Shown here: positions 1-8,816 of the stretch, piece after piece
Position numbering within the stretch: the stretch's first letter is position 1
Layout: each line of letters begins with the position of its first letter
Assembly (NCBI GenBank): GCA_963667465.2
Contig: CAXXDN010000002.1
Coordinates: forward strand, 32,001 to 96,000
Length of the DNA stretch: 64,000 nucleotides
Origin: Dehalococcoidia bacterium
GTDB lineage: Bacteria; Chloroflexota; Dehalococcoidia; UBA2979
Reading direction: 5' to 3'
Translations under genes and position numbers: made by a program
Notes under the pieces: model-generated
Database searches by the model: none
Told to the model about the DNA's origin: nothing
What the model saw: only the letters and a program-made list of their open reading frames with translations

Positions 1-154
1 AGAGGCCGCGCTGCGCGGCGGCGCGGCGGAAGCGCTCGCCCTCCTCGGGGCCCGCGCGCCCGGCGCGCTGGGCCTCGGGCGGCCACTCGCGCTCGAAGAA
101 CTCGCGCACCTCGGCGCGGAACTGCTTTTCGCTCTCGGTGTATTCGAAGTCCAT
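1..154 (-). CDS. Acyl-CoA dehydrogenase, N-terminal part (runs off window)
   Basis: Manual translation MDFEYTESEKQFRAEVREFFEREWP is a typical ACAD N-terminus; RBS GGAGG; tandem with the 196-1254 ACAD. Confidence 0.8.
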   Translation of the reverse strand, partial: MDFEYTESEKQFRAEVREFFEREWPPEAQRAGRAGPEEGERFRRAAAQRGL

Positions 155-195
155 GTCGATCCTCCGTCGTCTCGCTGCGAGTTCGGTCGCTGCGG

Positions 196-1254
196 CTAGT
201 CGAGGATCGCGCTGGCCACGGCGCGCCGGTGTTCGTGCGCTGTGCCGTAGGTGCAGGCCGCGGCCGTGCCGATGCGGTAGGGGAACTGCACGAAGTGATC
301 GTCGATGAAGCCGACGCCGCCGTGCACCTGGATCGCGTCGCGGGTGATGCGCGCGGTGGCGTCCCCCATGAACGCCTTGGCGTAATGTGCGCCCATCTCG
401 TACGGCTGGCCGGTCGAGTGTAGCCAGGCGGCCTTGTAGCAGAGGTAGCGCCCGGTCTCGATGTCGACGGACATGTTGGCGCACTTGTGCGAGATCGCCT
501 GGAACGTGCCGATCGGCTTCCCGAAGGCGACGCGCGTCTTCGAGTACTCCGAGGCCAGCTCGAGCGACCGCTGGCAGAGCCCGAGCATCAGCACGGAGTT
601 GGCGATCGCCCCGAGCAGCGTGACGTGGTCCTGCAGCCCGGCGGCCGAGACCACGCGGCCCGAGGCGCCCTCGAAGCGCACGTCGTAGAGCGGCTCACCG
701 CCGGAGGCGGGCATGCGCACGGCGCTGACGCCGTCAGCGCCGGTCTCGACGACGGCCATCTCGTCGCCGTCGGCGAGCGGGACCAGCAGGTGCGTGGCCA
801 GCTCCGCCCACGGCACCACGAGGCGGCGGTCGGTCAGCGTGACGGCGGCGCCGTCGCCGCGCGCCGCCGTCTGCTCGCCGCCGCCGGCGGCGGTGAGCGC
901 CGGGATGACGACCGCCTCGCCGTCGGCGATCGCCTGGGCGAGGTCGGCGTCGGCCTCGACGAGCGCGAGGCCGGCGGCGATCGTCGAGTGGGGGTAGGGG
1001 CTGACGCAGTAGCCCTTGCCCATCTCCTCGAGCAGCAGGACGGTGTCGAAGATGCCGCCGCCGGTGCCGCCCATCTCCTCGGGGAACGGAGCGGAGTTCC
1101 AGCCGAGGTCGACGATGTTGGGCCAGAGCGCGGTGTCGTAGCCCTCGTCGGCGCGGTAGCCGTCGCGCATGCGGTCGAGCGGGAAGTCACGCGAGAAGAA
1201 CTCGCGCGCGGTCTGCCCGAGCAGTTCCTGCAGTTCGTTGAATTCGTGGTTCAC
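196..1254 (-). CDS. Acyl-CoA dehydrogenase family protein (short, heteromeric beta-type)
   Basis: R.AFGKPIGTFQAISHKCA and IQVHGGVGF motifs; paired with downstream ACAD. Confidence 0.9.
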   Translation of the reverse strand: MNHEFNELQELLGQTAREFFSRDFPLDRMRDGYRADEGYDTALWPNIVDLGWNSAPFPEEMGGTGGGIFDTVLLLEEMGKGYCVSPYPHSTIAAGLALVEADADLAQAIADGEAVVIPALTAAGGGEQTAARGDGAAVTLTDRRLVVPWAELATHLLVPLADGDEMAVVETGADGVSAVRMPASGGEPLYDVRFEGASGRVVSAAGLQDHVTLLGAIANSVLMLGLCQRSLELASEYSKTRVAFGKPIGTFQAISHKCANMSVDIETGRYLCYKAAWLHSTGQPYEMGAHYAKAFMGDATARITRDAIQVHGGVGFIDDHFVQFPYRIGTAAACTYGTAHEHRRAVASAILD

Positions 1255-1418
1255 GTAGAGGCCGCCCCTCGTATCGCGGGCTCCGGGGCAGCAGGTGGTG
1301 GTGTCCGCGGCGTCGCCCCCGGCCCTCGCACGCCGCGCGCGTCAATATATGCCGCCTGCGTTGCTGGGGGTAGCGCGCGGGCGGGTGCGGGTCAGTTGCA
1401 GTAGGGGAGGCCGACAGC

Positions 1419-3062
1419 TCACCCCCCCAGCCCGGCGAGCTCCTCGATGGAGCCGTCGACGTAGAGGATGGAGGCGGCGGCGGCGAGCTGCTCGGTGAGG
1501 CGGGCGCGCGTGGCCTCGTCGGTTACGCCGGCGGCGGCGGCGATGCGGCCGCTCAGCTCGGCGATCGAGGCGCGACCGTCCGCCGAGGCGAGCATGCGCG
1601 CGACGGGGAGGCTCAGCGGCGCGCCCTCGGGGCGCTGCTCGCTGCTGAGCACGTGGCCCCAGGCGAACTCGTCGCCCTCGATCACCGGCTTGCGCTCGAT
1701 GCGCACGCCCGCGTCGAGGCGGGGGGCCGAGGCGGCGACCGCCGCCGGGCCGGCGCGGTCGAGGGCGGCGCGGCGCGCCTCGCGCTCCGCCTCGACGGCG
1801 CGCACACCATCGACGAAGGCGGGCGGGGCGTCGCCGTGGTTGATCACGGCGCGCTCGTAGCCGATCGGCGATTGCCCGGCGACCATGCGGATGAAGGCGT
1901 GGCGCGGGCTGAACTCGGAGTCGTCGCTGATCCGGCGCGCCTCCCAGAAGTAGGAGCCGGCGCTGCGATTGCTCGAGTAGAAGAGCATCGCCAGCCGGTG
2001 GAAATTGTTGTACTGCGCGAGGTAGAGGTCGGCGTAGGCCTCGGCGGCGGGGCCCTCGAGCGTCGGGTCGCGCAGCGCCGAGGCGATGTAGGCGGCGGCC
2101 AGCACGCCGCTGCTCAGCGCCAGGTGCACGCCCGAGGAGAACAGCGGGTCGACGAAGCAGCCGGCGTCGCCGACCAGGACGTAGCCCGGTCCGGCCAGCC
2201 GGCGCGAGCGGTAGGACCAGTCCCGCACGACATGTGGCCCGTCGACGAGCGAGGCGCGTTCGAGCAGCGCCGCGGTGCGCGGCGCTGAGGCGATGCGGTC
2301 GCGGAACGCCTCGGCCACGCCCAGCTCGCCGATCGCGCGCTGCCCCTCCTCGCTGTCGAGGACGACGCCGACGCTGGCCTGGCCGGTGTGCAGCGGGATC
2401 GTCCAGCACCAGCCGTGCTCGCAGGACTCGATGAAGATGTTGGTCGCGTCCGGCTCCGGCAGGCGCGCGGCGTCCTCGAAGTAGGCATAGATCGCGAGGT
2501 TGCGGAAGAAGTCGTCCCACTCGCGCAAGCCGAGGGCGTGACCGAGCAGCGCCGACTGGCCGCTGGCGTCGACGACCCAGCGGGCGGCGACGAAGCCCTC
2601 GGCGCCCTCGTCCGTGCGGTAGCGCACGCCGCTGGCGCGGCCGTCCTCGAAGGGCACTTCGACGGCCTGGCAGCCCTCGTGGACCGCGACGCCGAGGGCG
2701 CGGGCGTGTTCGAGCAGGATCTGGTCGAACTCGGGGCGGGTGACCTGGAACGAGCTGGGGTAGCTGCGGTTGGTCTCGTGGAAGTACCAGCTCCACGGCT
2801 CCGGGTCGGAGCCCCAGACCATCGTCGCGCCGTGCTTGGGCAGGAAGCCGGCCGCCTCGATGGCGGGGAGCACGCCGAGGCGTTCGAGGATCGGGATGCT
2901 CGCCGGCAGTAACGACTCGCCGACGTGGTCGCGCGGGAAGCGTTCGCGCTCCAGCAGGACGACGCTGAGGCCGCCGCGAGCGAGCAGCGCTGCGGCGCTG
3001 CTGCCGCCGGGCCCGCCGCCGATGACGGCGACGTCAGCCTGCGCGGCGGGCGGCTCGTTCAT
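1419..3062 (-). CDS. Flavin-dependent halogenase-like protein with C-terminal extension
   Basis: GGGPGG FAD motif, GFLPKHG (catalytic Lys position), WCWTIP (WxWxIP), GDAGCFVDPLFSSG. Confidence 0.85.
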   Translation of the reverse strand: MNEPPAAQADVAVIGGGPGGSSAAALLARGGLSVVLLERERFPRDHVGESLLPASIPILERLGVLPAIEAAGFLPKHGATMVWGSDPEPWSWYFHETNRSYPSSFQVTRPEFDQILLEHARALGVAVHEGCQAVEVPFEDGRASGVRYRTDEGAEGFVAARWVVDASGQSALLGHALGLREWDDFFRNLAIYAYFEDAARLPEPDATNIFIESCEHGWCWTIPLHTGQASVGVVLDSEEGQRAIGELGVAEAFRDRIASAPRTAALLERASLVDGPHVVRDWSYRSRRLAGPGYVLVGDAGCFVDPLFSSGVHLALSSGVLAAAYIASALRDPTLEGPAAEAYADLYLAQYNNFHRLAMLFYSSNRSAGSYFWEARRISDDSEFSPRHAFIRMVAGQSPIGYERAVINHGDAPPAFVDGVRAVEAEREARRAALDRAGPAAVAASAPRLDAGVRIERKPVIEGDEFAWGHVLSSEQRPEGAPLSLPVARMLASADGRASIAELSGRIAAAAGVTDEATRARLTEQLAAAASILYVDGSIEELAGLGG

Positions 3063-3087
3063 CGTGCCCGTGCGGCGCGCCTCGCGA

Positions 3088-4389
3088 TCAGGCGGGGGCC
3101 GCGGCCTCGTCGGCGACCGGCTCGTTGGTCGCCGGGTTCACCTCGTAGGGGCCGCGCAGTTCGAGTTCGTCGCCGATCTCGCGGACGGCGGGGATGACCT
3201 CTTCGCCGAAGAGCTTGAGGCTGCGCATCTGGTCCTCGTGGCTCATCGCGCCGTCACCGTCCCAGAAGAAGATCGCGCCCGGCCGCAGGTACTCGAGGAC
3301 GTGGCGGACCTTGGGGATCACGGTCTTCGGCGTGCCGGTGATGATCGTGTAGCGCTCGAGCTGTTCGTCGTAGGTGCCCTGGAAGCCCGCAGCCGAGAGG
3401 ATCTCCTTCCGAGGCTCGTCATCCGCGCCCTCGAGGCGGCCACGCGCGACGGCGGCAGCGCGGTTCATCGAGGTCGGCAGCAGGTGCGTGCGCGAGGTCA
3501 GGCCGGGCAGGTTCTGGAGGAAGGTGCGGACGATGCCCTGGTTGCCCTCCAGGAACGGGTTAGGCGGACCCTCCACGTACTTCTGCGCGGTCTCGTAGGC
3601 AAGCTCCTCGGTCTCGTCGACGTGCACCTTGAAGAGGTAGCCGCGGTGCTGCGAGCCGGCCTCGTAACCCTCCTCGGCGGCGACCTCGGCGTAGTACTCG
3701 AAGGACCGCTTTGTGGGCTCGAGGTCGGTGGCGAGCATGACGTAGGGGTAGCGATGACGGGCCGACCACTCGACGGTGTTCTTGCTCATCACGCCGGGGA
3801 TCCAGATCGGCGGGTGCGGGTCCTGGTAGGGCTTCGCCCAGGGGTTCACGTAGCGGAAGTTGTAGTGCTCGCCCTCCCAGCGGTAGGGGCCGGGGGTGGT
3901 CCAGGCCTTCACGACGAAGTCGTGGGCCTCCTGGAAGCGCTCCCAGTTGAACGGCGGCTGCGCGTTGTGGGAGACGCTCTCGCGCCCGGTCCCGCGCACC
4001 CAGCCGGTGACGAGCCGGCCGCGCGAGATCATGTCGATCTCGGCCAGTTCCTCGGCGAGGAAGAGCGGGTCGTCCCAGATCGGCAGGATGTTGCCGAGCA
4101 GCACGATCTTCACCTTCTTGGTGATGCGCGCGAGGATCGCGGCCTCGACGTTCATCACGGAGCCCATGCAGAACGGCGTCGAGTGGTGCTCGTTGAGCAT
4201 CACGCCATCGAAGCCCATTTCCTCGGCGTAGACGCGCTCATCGAGGTAGCGGTTGTAGAGTTCCGCGCCGACCTCGGGGTCGTAGACCTCGTTGGTGATG
4301 CCGAGGTCGGGAATGGGGCGCGCGGTGGTGCCGAAGACTCCGGACTTCTGGTCCTGGTACGGGCGCTCCGTGAAGTGACCGATGAACAT
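3088..4389 (-). CDS. LLM class flavin-dependent oxidoreductase
   Basis: AEEMGFDGVMLNEHH, LAEIDMISRGRL, PYQDPHPPIW. Confidence 0.9.
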   Translation of the reverse strand: MFIGHFTERPYQDQKSGVFGTTARPIPDLGITNEVYDPEVGAELYNRYLDERVYAEEMGFDGVMLNEHHSTPFCMGSVMNVEAAILARITKKVKIVLLGNILPIWDDPLFLAEELAEIDMISRGRLVTGWVRGTGRESVSHNAQPPFNWERFQEAHDFVVKAWTTPGPYRWEGEHYNFRYVNPWAKPYQDPHPPIWIPGVMSKNTVEWSARHRYPYVMLATDLEPTKRSFEYYAEVAAEEGYEAGSQHRGYLFKVHVDETEELAYETAQKYVEGPPNPFLEGNQGIVRTFLQNLPGLTSRTHLLPTSMNRAAAVARGRLEGADDEPRKEILSAAGFQGTYDEQLERYTIITGTPKTVIPKVRHVLEYLRPGAIFFWDGDGAMSHEDQMRSLKLFGEEVIPAVREIGDELELRGPYEVNPATNEPVADEAAAPA

Positions 4390-4549
4390 TGCCGTCTCCT
4401 GCCTTCATGGCGCGCCGCGCGAGGGGGCGCGTCTCGTCGCCATCGTACACCGGGCGGCTCGGGCCCGGCACGCGCGGGCGCTGTGCCGCGCTCCCGGGGT
4501 GCGGATCAGGCAGCCGCCGCGCGCGCCGCCCTGATCCCGCCGTGTGCGA

Positions 4550-5335
4550 TCAGCCGAGGTGCGCGGCTACGAGTTCCGCCAGCCGGTCCGGCTGCTCCAT
4601 GTCCACCATGTGGCCGCAGTCCGCGACGACCTCGATGCTGGCGTTGGGCAGGGCGGCCGCGTAGGCCTGCGCGACGGCCAGCGGCACAACGCCGTCGTCG
4701 GCGCCCCAGACCAGCAGGGTCGGGGTCTCCACCTCCTGCAGGAGGTGCGGGAGGCGGCGGTTGAACATGTACGGCTTCCAGGTCAGGCGTGCGGTCATCT
4801 CGCGGCTGAAGTCCCACAGTTCGCGGACCTCGGGAGCCGGATCCTCCCCGAACTCGGCGTGGAAGCTCGCCTCGTTACTGAAGCCGGCGCGCACGTACTC
4901 GTCGTAGTCGATCAGCATCTGGTCGAGGATCTCGCCCTCGTCCGGCTGGATGCCAGGCGCGCCGACGAGCACGAGGCTGCTGACACGTTGCTGGTTCATC
5001 GTCGCCATCTCGGCGGCGATCCAGCCGCCGAAGCCAAGCCCGACGACGGGGATTGGACCATGGCCGAGCTTGTCGAGCAGCTGGAGGATCAGGATGGCGA
5101 CGTCGCGGGCTTCGCGCGCCCACTCGGGGCGCTCGGACTGGCCGTAGCCGGGAAGGTCCGGCACCAGCACCTGGCGCGCCGCAGCCAGCTGCTCGTAGGC
5201 GGGCAGCCAGCCGTGGTTGCCGATCGAGTGGTGCAGCACCAGCACCGGGTCGCCGCTGCCACCCTGCAGGTACTGGACGCGGCGGCCCGCGACCTCGATC
5301 TGCTCTGTCGTGTGCGTCTCGGTGCTCGTCGTCAT
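4550..5335 (-). CDS. Alpha/beta hydrolase-fold protein lacking the nucleophilic Ser
   Basis: PDLPGYGQS, elbow GLGFGG, WGADD and CGH. Confidence 0.85.
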   Translation of the reverse strand: MTTSTETHTTEQIEVAGRRVQYLQGGSGDPVLVLHHSIGNHGWLPAYEQLAAARQVLVPDLPGYGQSERPEWAREARDVAILILQLLDKLGHGPIPVVGLGFGGWIAAEMATMNQQRVSSLVLVGAPGIQPDEGEILDQMLIDYDEYVRAGFSNEASFHAEFGEDPAPEVRELWDFSREMTARLTWKPYMFNRRLPHLLQEVETPTLLVWGADDGVVPLAVAQAYAAALPNASIEVVADCGHMVDMEQPDRLAELVAAHLG

Positions 5336-5482
5336 GCTCTCACCCGTCGTCGGTCCGTGTCGGCTGACGCATCATACCAGCGGCCTGCTGCGCAAGCGCG
5401 GGCCCGCGCTGCCGCTCGAACGCGCAGCGCCGCGCGGCTACGATACGCGCGAGCATGCAGGTACGCGCGAAAGGGGTGCGGC

Positions 5483-5833
5483 GTGGAGGTCAAGCGGATC
5501 CGGCAGGTCTACATCGTCGCCGAGGACGTGGAGGCGGCCGCCCGCTTCTACACCGAGACGCTGGGGCTCTCCGAGCAATTCCGGGACGGCGCGAACTGGG
5601 TGCAGCTCTCCGCCGGCGACATCTCGCTCGCCATCGCGAGCGCCTCCGAGGGCCAGGGCGCGGCCGCCGGCCAGCCCGTCCCCGTCTTCGAGGTCGACGA
5701 CCTCGAGGCTGCCCTGGCCGCCGTCAGCAGGGGCGGCGGCGGCGCGGGCGCGGTACGGGATATGGGCGACCACGGCCGCACCGCCCTCGCGACGGACCCC
5801 TCCGGTGCGGCGATCTCGTTCTTCCAGCGCTGA
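5483..5833 (+). CDS. VOC/glyoxalase family protein
   Basis: DVEAAARFYTETLGL, FEVDDL, TDPSG; GTG start chosen manually. Confidence 0.85.
   Translation: MEVKRIRQVYIVAEDVEAAARFYTETLGLSEQFRDGANWVQLSAGDISLAIASASEGQGAAAGQPVPVFEVDDLEAALAAVSRGGGGAGAVRDMGDHGRTALATDPSGAAISFFQR
5798..5828 (+). repeat. 31-bp imperfect direct repeat, copy 1 (3' end of VOC gene)
   Basis: ccctccggtgcggcgatctcgttcttccagc; 28/31 identical to 6606-6636. Confidence 0.75.
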
Positions 5834-5860
5834 GGCTCGGGCGGCGGCAGCGCGCACCCA

Positions 5861-6301
5861 CTAGCGGCCCGTGATTGGGTCGCGCGCGCGGAGTTCCGGG
5901 AAGAGCGAGAAGTCGCGGTCTCGCGTGAGCAACGCCTCGGTTCCGTGGGCCACGCAGATGGCCGCGATCCTGGCGTCGTGGATGACTCCGCCGAGTACGC
6001 GGGGCCGCACGACGAAGCGCTCGAGAACCTCCGCGAAGCCGTCCGTCTCGCCGATCAGCCGCAGCGAGGGTGAGGCCATCCAGGCGGCAAGTTGCCCCCA
6101 CGCCTGCTCCGGGCTCGTCGGATTGTCTCGCCAGATGCGGGGGTTGGTCACGACGCTCAGGAACTCGTAGCAGCACGGCCATGGGATCGCCCAGGGAGTG
6201 TCACCCTCAGCCAGGCCGCGGAGGATCGAGGCTGCAGCTGCGTGGTGTCGCGATTCCCGGCGGTGGGCGTACACCAGCAGGTTCGTGTCGACCGCGATCA
6301 C
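5861..6301 (-). CDS. vapC: PIN-domain VapC toxin
   Basis: IAVDTNLLVYAH, HDARIAA, LLTRDRDF. Confidence 0.92.
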   Translation of the reverse strand: MIAVDTNLLVYAHRRESRHHAAAASILRGLAEGDTPWAIPWPCCYEFLSVVTNPRIWRDNPTSPEQAWGQLAAWMASPSLRLIGETDGFAEVLERFVVRPRVLGGVIHDARIAAICVAHGTEALLTRDRDFSLFPELRARDPITGR

Positions 6302-6546
6302 TCGGTCTCGGTCCGCCCGTAGATCAGCTCCCGGAGGTCCTGCCAGGAGTGCGCCTCGAGCGGGTCAGGCTCACCTGCCTGGCCCACGCTCAGGTCTGGC
6401 AACTTGTAGCGAGGATGCGGCGTCGTTGTGGAGAGCACCCGGCGGAGTCCCTCTTCGACCACGGCGCGCAACGGCTGTCCCGTGCTGCGTGCATGGCGCT
6501 TGGCGCGGAGCAGCAGTTCATCCTGGATGTCGAGCGTGGTCTTCAT
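6298..6546 (-). CDS. vapB: VapB-type antitoxin (RHH, DUF2191-like)
   Basis: MKTTLDIQDELLLRAK...VVEEGLR; 4-bp overlap with vapC. Confidence 0.88.
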   Translation of the reverse strand: MKTTLDIQDELLLRAKRHARSTGQPLRAVVEEGLRRVLSTTTPHPRYKLPDLSVGQAGEPDPLEAHSWQDLRELIYGRTETE

Positions 6547-6605
6547 GGACCCATAGTACCCATATGCTCGATGCTGGTCGAGCCATATCATGACCGGGCG
6601 CGCGG

Positions 6606-6636
6606 CCCTCGGGTGCGGCGATCTCGCTTTTCCAGC
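6606..6636 (+). repeat. 31-bp imperfect direct repeat, copy 2
   Basis: ccctcgggtgcggcgatctcgcttttccagc. Confidence 0.75.
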
Positions 6637-6656
6637 CGGGCTGGAACAGTCCGGCG

Positions 6657-6893
6657 CTACGCCACGGATGCGCCGACGCGGGCGTCGCGGTAGCGGCGGT
6701 GCAGGTCGGCGGCCACCTCCGGGCGGAAGCTGAGCGCCAGCAGCGTGTCGCGGACCTCGTCCGGGTAGGGGCGAACCGACGCCGGGTGCGTGCGGACCTC
6801 GGCGATGAAGTCGTCGAAGCGCGCGCGCAGATCGGATGCGTCGACCGCCTCGCGGGCGAGGGCGAACAGGGCCTTGCGGAAGCGGCGGTCCAC
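6657..6893 (-). CDS. Small hypothetical protein (78 aa)
   Basis: Strong RBS GGGAGG before GTG; last gene of thiolase-DUF35 operon. Confidence 0.6.
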   Translation of the reverse strand: MDRRFRKALFALAREAVDASDLRARFDDFIAEVRTHPASVRPYPDEVRDTLLALSFRPEVAADLHRRYRDARVGASVA

Positions 6894-6918
6894 AGCTCGG
6901 CCTCCCTGCCGCGCCGGC

Positions 6919-7371
6919 TTAGCTCGCCGGCTTCCAGCGCAGGATCGTCACGTCGTCCGCCACGTCGTCGAAGACGGCCTCCATGGCCATGCCGACCGCG
7001 AGGTCCTCGTTGTCCACCTCGACGGCGTTGCCGTAGACGACGTTGTAGGTGGCGTTGTTATGGATGCTGACGGTGGCGGGATCCACGTCGTCCGGCAGCA
7101 CCTGGATGACGTTGTAGGGGTCGTGCCCGCGCCAGGGACCGAGGATGCCCTGCGTGACGATCACGTAGGTGTAGAGCGTGCCCTTCCCGCTCACCGCTTG
7201 CCATTCCAGCTCCTCGCCAAGGCAGAAACGGCAGGTGCGGTCCGGCGGGTGCTGGAAGGTCTGGCAGGACTGGCAGCGCTGGAGGACCATGCGGTGCTCG
7301 CGGAGCGCGTCCCAGTAGCCCTGGGTGAGGACGTCCGGCTGGGGCAGCAGGTAGGGGTACTCGTCAGCCAT
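6919..7371 (-). CDS. DUF35 Zn-ribbon/OB-fold protein
   Basis: LQRCQSCQTFQHPPDRTCRFC, SGKGTLYTY, VGMAMEAVF. Confidence 0.92.
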   Translation of the reverse strand: MADEYPYLLPQPDVLTQGYWDALREHRMVLQRCQSCQTFQHPPDRTCRFCLGEELEWQAVSGKGTLYTYVIVTQGILGPWRGHDPYNVIQVLPDDVDPATVSIHNNATYNVVYGNAVEVDNEDLAVGMAMEAVFDDVADDVTILRWKPAS

Positions 7372-7373
7372 CG

Positions 7374-8600
7374 TCAGTCCGCCTTCATCATCACGAGCGC
7401 GCTCTTGCCGACCACGCCAGTGTGCAGGGCGATCTTCGGGTCGCGGGTCTGGCGACAGAGATCGCGGTCGTAGGTGTGCTGGCCGTCCGCCCAGTTGGGG
7501 CAGAGGTCCTCGGCCTCGCCCCAGAGCTGCTGCGCGGCCTCGAGGGCGTTGTTGAGGCCGTGGCAGTAGCCCTCGTTGATCAGGCCGCCCTGCGTCTCCA
7601 TCGGGATCTGGCCGTCCAGCGAGATGGCGCCGCTGCGCACGAAGTCCGCGCACTCGCCCTTCCCGCACCAGCCGATGTCCTCGACCATGCGCATCGGGCA
7701 GTCCGTGAAGTTGTCGTAGAGCAGCGCGATGTCGATGTCGCTGAGCTGGATGTCGGCGGCTCCGAAGAGCTGGTCGCGCATGTACTTGAAGCCGGTGTCG
7801 GCGAGGTCCTCGAAGGGGCTGGGCCCGCCAATCGCGCCGCGGATCAGCAGCGGCGTCTTGCGCAGCGACTTCGCCCGCTCGGTGCTGGTGAGGATCATGG
7901 CGCAGGCCACATCCGTCTCCAGGCAGCAGTCCAGCAGGTGGTAGGGATTGACGATGTAGCGCGAGTTCTGGTGGTCCTCGACGGTGACCGGGTCGCGCAT
8001 GGTGGCGCGCGGGTTCTTGACCGCGTTGCTGCGCGAGTTGACGGTCCACTCGGCGAGGTCCGCGCTGCTCACGTCGTAGAGACCCATGTAGCGCCGCGCC
8101 TGCTGCGCGTACGTCGAGGGCGGACCGGCGAGGCCGTAGATGTTCTGGAACTGGCCCGCGCCGCCGACGCGGTTGCTGCCTCCGCCGGCGCCCGCTCCGG
8201 ACTGGCCCATGCGGTAGCCGGAGCGCCCGTTCATCGAGCGGTAGACCAGGCAGTAGTCCGCCATCCCGTGGTAGATGATCTGCGCGCCCATCATGATCGA
8301 GGCGGAGGCGTAGTTCCCGCCGCCCGTGAGGCTGGTGTCCTGATGGATGCGCCGCACGCCGAGCGCGCGCAGCGCTGCCTGCGGATCGATTGAGTCGTTG
8401 GTCTGATAGGTGACGCCGGCGTCGATGTCCTTCGGATCCATCCCGGCGTCGGCGGCGGCCTCGCGGGCCGCCCGCACGGTGAGCGTGGTCACGCTCTCGC
8501 CGGAGTTCTTGGAGAACCCACCGGGCGCCGACGGGCTGCGGCTGTAGCCGATCCCGACGATCGCCACGCTGTCGCGGAAGTCCTCTGGGGGCATACGCAT
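7374..8600 (-). CDS. Thiolase-fold protein (Ltp2/SCP2-like)
   Basis: VAIVGIG, HLLDCCLETD, LYDNF, GGLINEGYCHG. Confidence 0.9.
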   Translation of the reverse strand: MRMPPEDFRDSVAIVGIGYSRSPSAPGGFSKNSGESVTTLTVRAAREAAADAGMDPKDIDAGVTYQTNDSIDPQAALRALGVRRIHQDTSLTGGGNYASASIMMGAQIIYHGMADYCLVYRSMNGRSGYRMGQSGAGAGGGSNRVGGAGQFQNIYGLAGPPSTYAQQARRYMGLYDVSSADLAEWTVNSRSNAVKNPRATMRDPVTVEDHQNSRYIVNPYHLLDCCLETDVACAMILTSTERAKSLRKTPLLIRGAIGGPSPFEDLADTGFKYMRDQLFGAADIQLSDIDIALLYDNFTDCPMRMVEDIGWCGKGECADFVRSGAISLDGQIPMETQGGLINEGYCHGLNNALEAAQQLWGEAEDLCPNWADGQHTYDRDLCRQTRDPKIALHTGVVGKSALVMMKAD

Positions 8601-8816
8601 CTTCCCCTTCGCCAGCCCTCGCCGGAGCGTCCGGCGAGGAGCACCCGGACCATATCACCGGCATTGCGGGGTCGCCAGCGATGGCGGGCGCACGGGCGTG
8701 CGGCGACCCGCCCCAGGGCCTCGTAGGGGCCGAGGTTTGCGACGACTTCGAGGCCATGCTATGAAGCGGAGCGCGCCTGCGGGCAGGTTCCGCGCGCGCC
8801 GCGAAGGGAGCCACAC

